64,000 nt of DNA from the NCBI GenBank assembly GCA_040388415.1, contig JAZKBV010000003.1:47571-111570 (forward strand), given 5' to 3'. The DNA is from Patescibacteria group bacterium. Lineage in GTDB: Bacteria; Patescibacteriota; Minisyncoccia; Phycocordibacterales; PALSA-1337. Positions 18,663 through 28,714 of this stretch are shown piece by piece. Made by a program: the position numbers and the translations under genes. The stretch's first letter is position 1, and each line of letters begins with the position of its first letter. The notes beneath the pieces were generated by a model, which worked only from the letters and a program-made list of their open reading frames with translations, had not been told where the DNA came from and did no database searches.

Positions 18663-18893
18663 ATGGCAAGAAAAATTGTGGCAGACGTACCGGAAACGCC
18701 GGTTGTGAACAGCAGCAAAATCACCAGGATGGTCAACCGCATTGTCGACGAAGCACCGATTGCAGGTTCCTATCTCTCTGTGTCACTCAGACGCGGGGAT
18801 GAAAAAATGAACACGTTGGTGAATGGAAACACCATCGACGGTGCGAAGCAGGCAGTTCGCGTGTTCGTCCAGGAAGGCTGGGTCCCGGCGTAA
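18663..18893 (+). CDS. Hypothetical protein (76 aa, orphan cassette)
   Basis: ORF between a promoter/structured leader and a terminator. Confidence 0.6.
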   Translation: MARKIVADVPETPVVNSSKITRMVNRIVDEAPIAGSYLSVSLRRGDEKMNTLVNGNTIDGAKQAVRVFVQEGWVPA

Positions 18894-18922
18894 TTCGTAT
18901 TTGTCACCATAACTTTTATATG

Positions 18923-18960
18923 CAACCCGACGCCTGGAGGCCGTCGGGTTGTTTTCTTTT
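18923..18960 (+). terminator. Intrinsic terminator
   Basis: CAACCCGACG...CGTCGGGTTG followed by a T-rich tail. Confidence 0.8.
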
Positions 18961-19014
18961 GTTTATAGTTGCTACTTAATTTATGATACAATAGTATCAA
19001 ACACCGTTATTTAT

Positions 19015-20952
19015 ATGGACGACAACCGCGTTACATATTTCGCCGAGACTGATGCCCGCAACAAACGGGTAAAGTTTGGCATCAAGTCTATCGATCGCAC
19101 CAAGCACGTCTATGTGATTGGTAAAACAGGCATGGGCAAGTCTACCTTGCTCGAGAACATGGCTGTGCAAGATATTCAGAATGGAGCCGGCATGGCATTC
19201 ATCGATCCACACGGAAAGACCGCTGACCTCCTCCTTGAGTATGTTCCAAAAGAGCGTATCCGCGACGTCATTGTCATTGCGCCATTTGATACGGATTATC
19301 CTATTTCATTCAACGTTCTTGAAAGCGTTGATCCAAAGAAACGTCACCTCGTCGTCGGCGGTCTCATGAGCACCTTCAAAAAGATCTGGGAAGATGCCTG
19401 GTCAGCGCGTATGGAGTATATTTTGACCAATACGCTTCTTGCTCTTCTCGAAGTGCCAGGTACAACTCTCCTCGGTGTCAACCGTTTGCTTTCCGATAAG
19501 GCATATAGAAATGAGATTGTCGCTCAAGTCCAAGATCCTTCGGTCAAGGCTTTTTGGGTAAAAGAGTTCGCCAACTATACTGAGCGTCAGGCCGCTGAAG
19601 CCGTGCCTGCAATCCAAAATAAAGTTGGTCAATTTACTGCAAATCCATTGATCAGAAACATGATTGGTCAGCCGGTTTCGTCTTTTGATTTTCGTAAAGC
19701 GATGGATGAAGGGAAGATCATCATTATCAACCTTTCAAAAGGACGCATCGGCGACGAGAATATGAAGCTCCTTGGAGGATTGCTTGTGACCAAGATTTAC
19801 CTCGCTGCCATGTCGCGCGCTGATGTGCCAGATCGTGTGGTCAAGATGTTGCCACATTTCTATCTTTTTGTGGATGAATTCCAAAACTTCGCCAATGCGT
19901 CATTCTCCGACATTCTCTCAGAGTCGCGTAAATACAAGCTCAACCTCACTATCGCTCATCAATATATCGAACAAATGGATGAAAATGTCAGTGCTGCTGT
20001 ATTCGGCAACGTGGGTACTATGATTGTATTCCGCGTGGGCGCGACTGATGCAGAAGCACTTGAAAAGGAATTCGCTCCTCAGTTCACTATGGAGGATCTG
20101 GTAAATCTCGGACAGTTCCAGATGTATCTCAAGCTTATGATCAACGGACTGACATCTGCGCCATTTTCTGCTACATCGATGCCACCTATACCACAGCAAA
20201 AAATCTCATATGTAAAAGAGATTATGGATGCATCACGCGAGCAGTTTGCTCGTCCACGTGCTGAAGTTGAAGAGATTATTATGAAATTCCATGAGCCGAC
20301 ACCTGCACCAAAGAAGGAGCCTGTAGCCGGTAAAGCGCCCCTTACTGGTGACTTGAGGAAGCCTGAGCAAAAAATGCCGCCAGCTCCTGTACCAAAAGCT
20401 GACGCACCGGCGACTGTGCCAATGCCAACATCAGCGCCAAAGCCAGAGCAAAGACCAGTTTCAAAATTCGTCCCACCAGTGAGAGCGACTGCGCCCTCGC
20501 CGTTGCTCAAAGATACACTTGCAAAGCTTGTTGCACAGCCACGACCTGCGCCGAAGGAAACCCCGCCTCCTGCACCAAAGCTTGAAGTTGAGCCAGCAGA
20601 AGCCAAGCATCAGCCATTCAAAAAAGCTTTTGATGCAGTTCAGTCGACGAAACCTACGCCACTTACAAATCCCGCTCCGGTACCAGTTCCAGTGCCAGCC
20701 GTAAGACCTGTATCGCTTTCTGCTTTGAGTAAACCAAGCCTTGTCTCGTCAGCTTCGCCCGCATCGCCACGTCCCGATCAGAAAGCACAGACGCCTCAAA
20801 ATGTCAGCCAATTAAAAAATGCGTTGGCGGCAGCACTTGCGAAATCGAAGCCCGCGGATACACAGAAGCCAATTGAGACAATTAAGCCAGTTTCAGAGCA
20901 GCCAAACGAGGTTCCCGAAGAAGTGCTCAAGAAGGTCTTGAAGATTGACTAA
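19015..20952 (+). CDS. VirD4/TraD-like (DUF87/HerA) ATPase with a Pro-rich C-terminal tail
   Basis: Walker A 'GKTGMGKS', 'IDPHG', Walker B 'LFVDEFQNF', 'ESRKY', 'AHQY..Q'. Confidence 0.88.
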   Translation: MDDNRVTYFAETDARNKRVKFGIKSIDRTKHVYVIGKTGMGKSTLLENMAVQDIQNGAGMAFIDPHGKTADLLLEYVPKERIRDVIVIAPFDTDYPISFNVLESVDPKKRHLVVGGLMSTFKKIWEDAWSARMEYILTNTLLALLEVPGTTLLGVNRLLSDKAYRNEIVAQVQDPSVKAFWVKEFANYTERQAAEAVPAIQNKVGQFTANPLIRNMIGQPVSSFDFRKAMDEGKIIIINLSKGRIGDENMKLLGGLLVTKIYLAAMSRADVPDRVVKMLPHFYLFVDEFQNFANASFSDILSESRKYKLNLTIAHQYIEQMDENVSAAVFGNVGTMIVFRVGATDAEALEKEFAPQFTMEDLVNLGQFQMYLKLMINGLTSAPFSATSMPPIPQQKISYVKEIMDASREQFARPRAEVEEIIMKFHEPTPAPKKEPVAGKAPLTGDLRKPEQKMPPAPVPKADAPATVPMPTSAPKPEQRPVSKFVPPVRATAPSPLLKDTLAKLVAQPRPAPKETPPPAPKLEVEPAEAKHQPFKKAFDAVQSTKPTPLTNPAPVPVPVPAVRPVSLSALSKPSLVSSASPASPRPDQKAQTPQNVSQLKNALAAALAKSKPADTQKPIETIKPVSEQPNEVPEEVLKKVLKID

Positions 20953-20972
20953 AGGTGTGGGAGCATTGATAT

Positions 20973-22157
20973 ATGACATCACGACGCATACTCATTTTCT
21001 CTTTTGCGTACTATCCGCGCTTCGTCGGCGGGGCAGAGGTTGCGATAAAAGAGATCACTGACCGTATCCCTCCTGAAACAATTGAGTTTGACCTTATCTG
21101 TCTCCGCCTCGATTCGCGCTTGCCAGCTTTCGAGCGTATCGGCAATGTGAACGTGCACCGTATCGGTTTCTCACAGCATAAAGAATTTTCGACAGATTCG
21201 TTGCCGTGGTACCTCCATATAAATAAATATTTGTATCTTTTTACGGGAGTGCGAAAAGCTCTCTCGCTTCACCGAAAAAGAAAGTACGATGCTATCTGGT
21301 CGCTCATGGCTACCTATAGCTCATTTGCAGCAGTTATATTCAAGATCCTCAAACCAAAGATTCCTTTCATCTTTACTCTGCAGGACGGCGACCCCATCCC
21401 ATATATCAAGCGTAAAGCCTTGCCGCTGTACCCATTATTTAAAATGATGTTTACCCGCGCTGATCATATACAAACTATTTCAACGTATCTTGCAGAGTGG
21501 GCAAAAGATATGGGCGCAAAGTGTCCTGTGACTGTGGTGCCAAATGCAGTCGACTTCGACTTATTCTCGACAAAAGAGTCTGTTGAACAACAAAGCGAGC
21601 TGAAAGAAAAACTCGGTAAAAAAGAAGGTGATGTCTTTATCATTACCACATCACGGCTTGTGGTAAAAAATGCAATCAACGATGTCATCGACGCGCTTTC
21701 ATATGTGCCTGAAAATGTGAAGTTTATTATCCTTGGTCAAGGGTACCAGGAGGCACAGCTCAAGGCACAGGTAGCTGAGCTTGAATTACAGGATCGCGTG
21801 AAGTTCCTTGGTTATGTTCCACACAAAGAGATGCCGAAGTATCTGCATATATCAGATATATTCATCCGTCCTTCGCTTTCAGAAGGGTTTGGTAATTCAT
21901 TCATTGAAGCCATGGCTGCAGAGATACCTGTCATAGCTACACCTGTTGGTGGTATCACCGATTTTCTCATTGAAGGAGAAACGGGACTATTCTGCGACGT
22001 ACATAGTCCGCGCAGTATCGCTCAGAAGGTAGAAAAATTGATCAGGGACAAAGAGTCGAAGGATTACATTGTCGCTCGCGCAAAAAAGATGGTCCAGGAA
22101 AAATATGAATGGAATATCATTGTCGAACGCATGCAAGACATTTTCCTCAGTATGTAA
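20973..22157 (+). CDS. Glycosyltransferase family 4
   Basis: 'GGAE', 'PSLSEGFGNSFIEAMA...PVIAT.VGG'. Confidence 0.92.
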   Translation: MTSRRILIFSFAYYPRFVGGAEVAIKEITDRIPPETIEFDLICLRLDSRLPAFERIGNVNVHRIGFSQHKEFSTDSLPWYLHINKYLYLFTGVRKALSLHRKRKYDAIWSLMATYSSFAAVIFKILKPKIPFIFTLQDGDPIPYIKRKALPLYPLFKMMFTRADHIQTISTYLAEWAKDMGAKCPVTVVPNAVDFDLFSTKESVEQQSELKEKLGKKEGDVFIITTSRLVVKNAINDVIDALSYVPENVKFIILGQGYQEAQLKAQVAELELQDRVKFLGYVPHKEMPKYLHISDIFIRPSLSEGFGNSFIEAMAAEIPVIATPVGGITDFLIEGETGLFCDVHSPRSIAQKVEKLIRDKESKDYIVARAKKMVQEKYEWNIIVERMQDIFLSM

Positions 22158-22183
22158 AGTGAATCCGTAGTATAATTACTCTT

Positions 22184-23221
22184 ATGAAAATCCTTATTGC
22201 TTCTGGCATATATCCCCCTGACATTGGCGGTCCTGCGCAGTACGCGCGCAACCTCTATGAGACATGGAAAGGCCGAGATCACGATGTTAAAGTCGCTGCC
22301 TATCGTTGGGAGCGTGCGTTTCCTCCGCTCGTCAGGCATTTTTTGTACTTCCTCAAGATCATTCGTAAAGGCTGGAAGGCTGACCTTATACTCGTGCTCG
22401 ATACATGGTCAGCGGCAGTGCCGACGATGCTCGCATGTTCGCTTATGGGAAAAAAATACATTCTCCGCACGGGAGGAGACTTTTTGTGGGAGACATATGT
22501 TGAGAGAACGGGAGATCTTGTTTTGTTCAAAGACTTTTATGGAAAAGATAATGCAGCCGGCTCAGAATTCGTGGCAAAGCTATCAACGAAGGAAAAGCTC
22601 GTCTTTAAGCTCGGTGGGGCTTCGCTTCGTCGCGCGCATAAGGTCATATTCAGCACCCCATGGCAAAAACAGATTTTTGAAAAAGCATACAATCTCGATT
22701 CAAAGAAAGATATCATCGTTGAAAATTATTGTGGGGAACGCATGGATGCAGTTGAACCAGATAACAGAACTTTTTTAGCAAGCACGCGCATTTTGAAGTG
22801 GAAGAATATCGATTTGCTTAAAGAGGCGTTCGCAGAGGCCCAGGCCGAGGTTAAGCGCCGTGGTCTGCCAGATATTGATATGGATACGAGCAAGGCCATG
22901 TACTCGAACTTCGTCGAGCGCATGCATCGTTCATATGCGGTCATCCTTGCTTCTCTTGGTGACATCAGCCCGAACATGATTTTTGATGCAGTGATGACTC
23001 GTACGCCGTTTATCGTCACAAAAGAGATCGGTATCACAGAGAGGATTACAGACGCCGCTATTTTCATCGATCCAAAAAATAAGCAAGACATCGTAAATAA
23101 GATCGTCTGGATGGCAGATCCGGCGAATCGTGCAGTACAAGCAAAGAAAGTCCAAGCGCTGCCATTTATGCATTCGTGGGACGATATAGCTCGTGAGATC
23201 TTGGAGATAGGGAAGAAGTAA
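22184..23221 (+). CDS. Glycosyltransferase family 4-like
   Basis: 'IYPPDIGGPAQY', 'DISPNMIFDA'. Confidence 0.8.
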   Translation: MKILIASGIYPPDIGGPAQYARNLYETWKGRDHDVKVAAYRWERAFPPLVRHFLYFLKIIRKGWKADLILVLDTWSAAVPTMLACSLMGKKYILRTGGDFLWETYVERTGDLVLFKDFYGKDNAAGSEFVAKLSTKEKLVFKLGGASLRRAHKVIFSTPWQKQIFEKAYNLDSKKDIIVENYCGERMDAVEPDNRTFLASTRILKWKNIDLLKEAFAEAQAEVKRRGLPDIDMDTSKAMYSNFVERMHRSYAVILASLGDISPNMIFDAVMTRTPFIVTKEIGITERITDAAIFIDPKNKQDIVNKIVWMADPANRAVQAKKVQALPFMHSWDDIAREILEIGKK

Positions 23222-23230
23222 AAACATAAT

Positions 23231-24244
23231 ATGAAGAGATTATTGATGGTATCGACAGATCGAAAGATATTTGAGGCGGGGAGCGCTGTTCGCGCGCGTC
23301 AGATTGAATACGCAAAAAACTTTGAAGAAGTGCATATCATTGTTTTTGCAAAAGGTCAGCATGAGACGCACAATGAAATTGTGATCGGACCGAACTGCTG
23401 GGCGTATTCGACGCAGTCGTTGTCACGCTGGCTGTACACTTTTGACGCCTTACGCCTCGCCAAATTTATCGTTTCAAAAAGAAATATTACAGATGTCACT
23501 TGTCAGGATCCTTTTCAAACCGCATCAGTCGGCGTCTCGCTCAAAAAACAGTTTCCACAGGTACAGTTAGAACTGCAGGTACATACTGATATTGGTTCTC
23601 CGCATTTTACCTATACGTGGGGCAATAAGATTAGAAAGACAATGGCGCTATCGTATCTCGTAAAAGCTGACTACATCCGCGTCGTTTCAAATAAAATTAA
23701 AAATTATTTGATTGAGACATTGAAAATTGAGGACTCAAAGATTGAGGTGCGACCTGTGCCCGTTGATGTGGAAAAAATTAAACATGCGCCGATTATTTCT
23801 GGTGCAGATCTGCATAAAAAATATCCTCAGTTTGAAAAGATTGTTTTGATGGCATCACGCATTGAAAAAGAAAAGAATATTGTGCTCGCTATTGAAGCAT
23901 TTAAAAAAGTGGTTGAGAAGGTTCCAAAAGTAGGTCTGATTATTGTGGGCGAAGGTTCTCTTAGCTCCTACCTCCTAGCTCTTACCTCAAAACTTGGTCT
24001 AAGCGATTCCGTCATCTTTGAATCATGGGCAGATCAACATACGCTTTATTCTTACTATAAAACCGCTGACATCTTTCTTGTTACCTCGCTATTTGAAGGG
24101 TACGGCATGACTCTCATTGAGGCGAACGCTGCTGGTTGTAAGATCGTCTCGACTGATGTCGGTGTCGCCCGAGAAATCAGCGCGACCGTCGTTCTAGACA
24201 CCCCACAAAGCGTTTCAGAGGGAATCATTGGAATTATCAGTTAA
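23231..24244 (+). CDS. Glycosyltransferase family 4
   Basis: 'SRIEKEKN', 'TSLFEGYGMTLIEA..AG..IVSTDVG'. Confidence 0.9.
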   Translation: MKRLLMVSTDRKIFEAGSAVRARQIEYAKNFEEVHIIVFAKGQHETHNEIVIGPNCWAYSTQSLSRWLYTFDALRLAKFIVSKRNITDVTCQDPFQTASVGVSLKKQFPQVQLELQVHTDIGSPHFTYTWGNKIRKTMALSYLVKADYIRVVSNKIKNYLIETLKIEDSKIEVRPVPVDVEKIKHAPIISGADLHKKYPQFEKIVLMASRIEKEKNIVLAIEAFKKVVEKVPKVGLIIVGEGSLSSYLLALTSKLGLSDSVIFESWADQHTLYSYYKTADIFLVTSLFEGYGMTLIEANAAGCKIVSTDVGVAREISATVVLDTPQSVSEGIIGIIS

Positions 24245-24267
24245 AAAGCGATATACTGGGCTTTATT

Positions 24268-25146
24268 ATGGCTGACATGACCAAACCCCTCATCGGATTT
24301 ATCGGACAAGGCTGGATCGGTAAGAACTACTCGAATGACCTCGAAGCGCGCGGGTATACCGTCGTGCGTTATGGTCTGGAAGATGAATATAAGGGCAATA
24401 AAGCAAAGATCAAAGGGTGCGATGTTGTATTTATCGCTGTACCGACGCCTACAACTAAGAAGGGTTTTGACGATAGCTATGTGCGTTCAGTTCTGCCTCT
24501 CATCGGCAAGGGCAAGATCGCTATTATCAAATCGACACTGATCGTCGGGTGCACCGAGCGGTTGCAGAAGTCATTTAAAAATATTATCGTCACCCACTCG
24601 CCAGAATTCTTGAGCGAAAAGACTGCAGCATATGATGCAGCTCATCCTGATCGCAATATAGTGGGCATTCCGGTCAACAACAAAAAATATGTTGATGCTG
24701 CGAATCTTGTTATATCAGTATTGCCACCAGCGCCGTTTTCGTTGGTCTGTAGTTCATCTGAAGCTGAGCTCATTAAATACAGCCACAATGTACACGGCTA
24801 CATCCAAGTGGTCTTTGCCAATATCCTTTACGATCTTGCCCAAGAATTTTCGATGGATTGGGAAGTGCTTTTCAAGGCGTTCTCAGCTAACCCTCTCATG
24901 GTTCCACGATATCTTCGTCCAGTTCATCAGAGCGGTCGTGGCGCGGGCGGAAACTGCTTTGTGAAAGATTTTGAGGCCTTCATACGTCTCTTTGAGAACA
25001 AGGTGAATGATAAGACGGGTATTGCTGCGCTCAAAGCGATACGTGAAAAAAATATCCAACTCCTCGTCTCTTCTGGAAAAGATTTGGAAAAGATTAAAGA
25101 AATGTATGGTCAGGGTGTAATCAAAAAACATCAAAAAAATAAATGA
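24268..25146 (+). CDS. UDP-glucose/GDP-mannose dehydrogenase family protein (short form)
   Basis: 'GFIGQGWIG', 'FIAVPTP', 'IIKST', 'PEFLSE', 'AELIKY', catalytic 'GGNCFVKD'. Confidence 0.88.
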   Translation: MADMTKPLIGFIGQGWIGKNYSNDLEARGYTVVRYGLEDEYKGNKAKIKGCDVVFIAVPTPTTKKGFDDSYVRSVLPLIGKGKIAIIKSTLIVGCTERLQKSFKNIIVTHSPEFLSEKTAAYDAAHPDRNIVGIPVNNKKYVDAANLVISVLPPAPFSLVCSSSEAELIKYSHNVHGYIQVVFANILYDLAQEFSMDWEVLFKAFSANPLMVPRYLRPVHQSGRGAGGNCFVKDFEAFIRLFENKVNDKTGIAALKAIREKNIQLLVSSGKDLEKIKEMYGQGVIKKHQKNK

Positions 25147-26225
25147 AGCTCCTCATCCTTACTCAAAAAGTAGATAAGCTTGATCCGATTCTCGGTTTCT
25201 TTCATCGTTGGATAGAGGAGTTTGCTGCGCAAGCAGAAAAGGTGACAGTTATAACACTTAATGAAGGTGTCCATCAATTACCAGCGAATGTGACTGTTTT
25301 GTCGCTCGGTAAGAGCAAGGAACAGAAGGTTGGTTTTAAGGATAGAGCGCGATTCGTCTTTAGATTTTATGGTTATATTTGGAGCCAGAGGAAAAATTAT
25401 GATACGGTTTTTGTACATATGAACCCGATATACGTCGTCTTTGGTGGATTATTCTGGAAAATATTTGGCAAGAAAATATCGATGTGGTACACACACCGCG
25501 CCGTGGATCTGAAATTGCGCGTCGCTGAAGTATTTGCCGATGTTATTTTCACCGCCGCAAAAGAAAGTTTCAAATTGCCAAGTAACAAAGTGGTCGTTAC
25601 AGGTCATGGTATCGACGTTTCTCAGTTTCTCAGCATGCAGCGTTCGAAAGCGATCGGCACTGAGCCTATCCGCCTGTTGCATGTTGGGCGTGTCACGCAG
25701 ATCAAAAACTGCGATACGTTGATTGAAGCAGCAAAAATCCTTGCTGAGAAGTGGGACAAGAAGTTTGAGGTGGTCTTTGCGGGCAGTCCTATCACCGACG
25801 CTGACAGATCCTATATGGCATCACTATCTTCGCTTATTTCGACGTATAAGCTCGATGACATCATTCATTTCATCGGCCACGTCGCACCATCTGATATCAG
25901 CAAGCAATATGCTGCCTGCGATGCAACGGTCAATCTCACGCCCACAGGTGGTATCGACAAAGCTGTGCTCGAATCAATGGCTTCAGGAGTAGCGGTATTT
26001 TCTTCAAACCAAGCGTTTGTGAATTATTTTGATCGATATGCAGGTAGACTCATTTTCAAAGAGCGCGACCCAGCCGATTTGGCACATAAAATAATGGATC
26101 TATTTTCAACTGGTCCAGAAAAAGCTGGTGCAGATCTGCAAAAGATAGCCGAAGAGAAGGCGGATGTTGGTGTGCTTATACATACTATCTCTGATAAACT
26201 GACTTTGTTATGGAAAAACAAGTAA
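25143..26225 (+). CDS. Glycosyltransferase family 4
   Basis: 'GHGID', 'VGRV..IKN', 'GGIDKAVLESMA'. Confidence 0.88.
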   Translation: MKLLILTQKVDKLDPILGFFHRWIEEFAAQAEKVTVITLNEGVHQLPANVTVLSLGKSKEQKVGFKDRARFVFRFYGYIWSQRKNYDTVFVHMNPIYVVFGGLFWKIFGKKISMWYTHRAVDLKLRVAEVFADVIFTAAKESFKLPSNKVVVTGHGIDVSQFLSMQRSKAIGTEPIRLLHVGRVTQIKNCDTLIEAAKILAEKWDKKFEVVFAGSPITDADRSYMASLSSLISTYKLDDIIHFIGHVAPSDISKQYAACDATVNLTPTGGIDKAVLESMASGVAVFSSNQAFVNYFDRYAGRLIFKERDPADLAHKIMDLFSTGPEKAGADLQKIAEEKADVGVLIHTISDKLTLLWKNK

Positions 26226-26830
26226 ACAAGGATCATTATAATTTCAAAGTATATTCTCATCTCGGCAGATGGGTGAGCTATTTCTTTCAACTTGAGCAAG
26301 TCTTTTCTTTTAGCCCAACATCTATCCTTGAGATCGGTGTCGGCGACCGTGTCTTTGGGGATTATATAAAAAATAATACTAGTATAAAGTATCTCTCAGC
26401 CGATGTAGCCGAAGATCTCAAGCCTGATGTAGTTGCAAGTGTGACAGCATTGCCTTTCACTGACGGAGAGTTCGATGTCTCATGTGCTTTTGAAGTACTT
26501 GAGCATATTCCATTTGATTCATTTGGAGTGGCGTTGCGAGAGATGTCTCGTGTGTCAAAAAAAGCAGTTATTATCAGCCTTCCGCACTTCGGCCCCTCAT
26601 GTGAGCTTTCATTCAAGATTCCTTTTATCAAAAGAGTAAAGCTTGCCTTCAAGCTTCCATTCCATCCGATTCATGTCTGGAATGGTGAGCATTATTTCGA
26701 AATAGGAAAAAAAGGGTATGAGATTAGCGAGATACGTAAAGTACTACGAAAAGATTTTGTCATCCAAAAAGATTTTGTGCCATTTGAAAACCAGTATCAC
26801 CATTTCTTTGTTCTTGTTCCAAAAAAGTAA
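26210..26830 (+). CDS. Class I SAM-dependent methyltransferase
   Basis: 'ILEIGVG', 'LPF.DGEFD', 'EVLEH'. Confidence 0.88.
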   Translation: MEKQVNKDHYNFKVYSHLGRWVSYFFQLEQVFSFSPTSILEIGVGDRVFGDYIKNNTSIKYLSADVAEDLKPDVVASVTALPFTDGEFDVSCAFEVLEHIPFDSFGVALREMSRVSKKAVIISLPHFGPSCELSFKIPFIKRVKLAFKLPFHPIHVWNGEHYFEIGKKGYEISEIRKVLRKDFVIQKDFVPFENQYHHFFVLVPKK

Positions 26831-26841
26831 TCGTTACGCGT

Positions 26842-27873
26842 ATGAAAATAGCTTTCATTCCACCAAAGAAGAGAAGTGAGTACCTGACCAATACCGTGTT
26901 GGACGGTCTTTTGTGGTTGAAGCGCGATGGGAATGGTCCTACCTCTGACATTGAGCTTGCGTTGCCGCCTGAAGAATACCTTTGTCCGTACGATATTTCA
27001 CCATATGTTTTAAGTCAGGCAGAATTTGATACGTTTGCCCAATCAGCTGATTTGATCATTCTTACGTTTGGAAAAAACACTACCAACTATGAGCTCGCAG
27101 AAAAAATAGGTCGTTGGGACAAAACTGTTTTTATCGATGGTGGGGAACTTGGTAAAGATAGGCGTTATGATGCTGGTATCCGCGCTCAAGTTGAAACAAT
27201 GACTTATGACGGCTTTGGTCGCATATACACTGATATGCTTAACAAATGTGCGCTCTACTTCCGACGTGAAAAACCCTATATCAAAGGCATCATTCCACTA
27301 CCGTTCGGCATTGAGTCGCGTTATTTGGCTCAATATGATCCGACTAAAAAAAGAGACATAGATTTTTGCTGTATTTTCGGTCAGGATGAATACCCGATCC
27401 TGCGCAGGAAAGTGACAAAACTGCTTGAGAAATTTTGCAAGAAAAATGGTTTTACCTGCCAGACAAAGAAGACTAAAGGATTTACTTTTGAAGATGATCA
27501 GAAGGTGGCGGGCAGAGATCCGTTCTACGAGATTCTCTCGCGTTCAAAAGTGGGCATATCGATCGGTGGTGGCGGCTTCGATACAGCACGCTTTTGGGAG
27601 ATATTGGGCAATGATTGCATGCTCATAACGGAGACTATCGATATATATGAAAAAGAAAATACCTTACTGGATTATAAGAGGATCATTCAGTTCAAGGATC
27701 TGGCTGAATTCGAAGCAAGATTACTTGAAGTCGCTGATTTTATCAAAAATAGCTATAATCAAACCGATAGATCAAGAGAGTACGCAGAAATCATCGATAC
27801 GCATTCAAGCAAGGCTCGAGCACTGACTGTTCTCACCGAGGCAGCGAAAAAGGGCATTATTTCTTTTAATTAA
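26842..27873 (+). CDS. Glycosyltransferase-like hypothetical protein (GT-B C-terminal type)
   Basis: 'YFRRE', 'YEILSRSKVGISIGGGGFDTARFWE'; lies within the glycan operon. Confidence 0.6.
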   Translation: MKIAFIPPKKRSEYLTNTVLDGLLWLKRDGNGPTSDIELALPPEEYLCPYDISPYVLSQAEFDTFAQSADLIILTFGKNTTNYELAEKIGRWDKTVFIDGGELGKDRRYDAGIRAQVETMTYDGFGRIYTDMLNKCALYFRREKPYIKGIIPLPFGIESRYLAQYDPTKKRDIDFCCIFGQDEYPILRRKVTKLLEKFCKKNGFTCQTKKTKGFTFEDDQKVAGRDPFYEILSRSKVGISIGGGGFDTARFWEILGNDCMLITETIDIYEKENTLLDYKRIIQFKDLAEFEARLLEVADFIKNSYNQTDRSREYAEIIDTHSSKARALTVLTEAAKKGIISFN

Positions 27874-27879
27874 AACAAT

Positions 27880-28665
27880 ATGACGACATCTCAGTATGAT
27901 TGCGCGATAGTTATCCCTTCATGTGACTCATATGAAGAAGCGTGGGGCCCCTTTTTCGGTTTCTTTTTCAAATACTGGCCCGATTGTCCATTTCCTATTT
28001 ATCTCATCACCGAAACAAAAAAATTCGACGATCCTCGAGTGCAGATGATTAATCTTGGTAAAGACTTTGGTTGGGCGAACAATATGATCAAATCACTCGC
28101 TATCATTCCCGAAAATAATTTTATCTATTTTCTCGAGGATGTCTTTATCATGAAGAAAGTAGATACGGCTCGTGTACTCTCGCTTCTCAATCTTCTCAAA
28201 AAAGATACTATCTCATGTTTGCGCCTCTTTCCATTACCTGGACCTAGTACACAGTACGGTGACACAAAAGACCTCGGACTCATCGCTCAAAACGCCGAAT
28301 ATCGCGTCTCGACCATGCCAGCGATCTGGAATAAAGCTGCATTCAGTAGATTGCTCGTCGCGGGTGAGAATGCATGGCAAATGGAGCTCGATGGCACCAA
28401 GCGCGCTCATGCTATGAATGAATTGTTCGTAAGCGTCTGGCCGGGCGATGCGGTCATAGATATATTTGCTACTGCTATCAAGCGCGGACGCTGGCTCTAC
28501 GATGCGGTTCAGCTGTGTCACAAAGAGGGCATACCAGTAAAGCCGGTGAGACCAGTAGAAAGTTTCAATGAATATGTCATACGCAAAGCATGTTATCTTC
28601 CTGTCATCGGTGGATTCTTCAGGGTAGGGCATCGCTGGTATCACGCTCGGGGTAAAAAGAAGTAG
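27880..28665 (+). CDS. GT-A fold glycosyltransferase-like hypothetical protein
   Basis: 'SCDSY..AW..FF', 'YFLEDVF', 'AIWNK', 'NAWQME'. Confidence 0.6.
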   Translation: MTTSQYDCAIVIPSCDSYEEAWGPFFGFFFKYWPDCPFPIYLITETKKFDDPRVQMINLGKDFGWANNMIKSLAIIPENNFIYFLEDVFIMKKVDTARVLSLLNLLKKDTISCLRLFPLPGPSTQYGDTKDLGLIAQNAEYRVSTMPAIWNKAAFSRLLVAGENAWQMELDGTKRAHAMNELFVSVWPGDAVIDIFATAIKRGRWLYDAVQLCHKEGIPVKPVRPVESFNEYVIRKACYLPVIGGFFRVGHRWYHARGKKK

Positions 28666-28670
28666 ATAAG

Positions 28671-28710
28671 AAAAAACAGCGTTCCTCGAAAGGAACGCTG
28701 TGTGTTTTTG
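28671..28710. terminator. Bidirectional intrinsic terminator
   Basis: AAAAAA-CAGCGTTCC-TCGAAA-GGAACGCTG-TGTGTTTTT between convergent genes. Confidence 0.8.
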
Positions 28711-28714
28711 TGAA

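Noticed and set aside
19015-20952. Conjugative element/ICE
   Set aside because: No relaxase, integrase or VirB genes nearby; the flanks are chromosomal.
24268-25146. Pseudogene of UDP-glucose dehydrogenase
   Set aside because: It is short, but the catalytic motifs are intact, the stop overlaps the next start, and no frameshifted remainder is seen.
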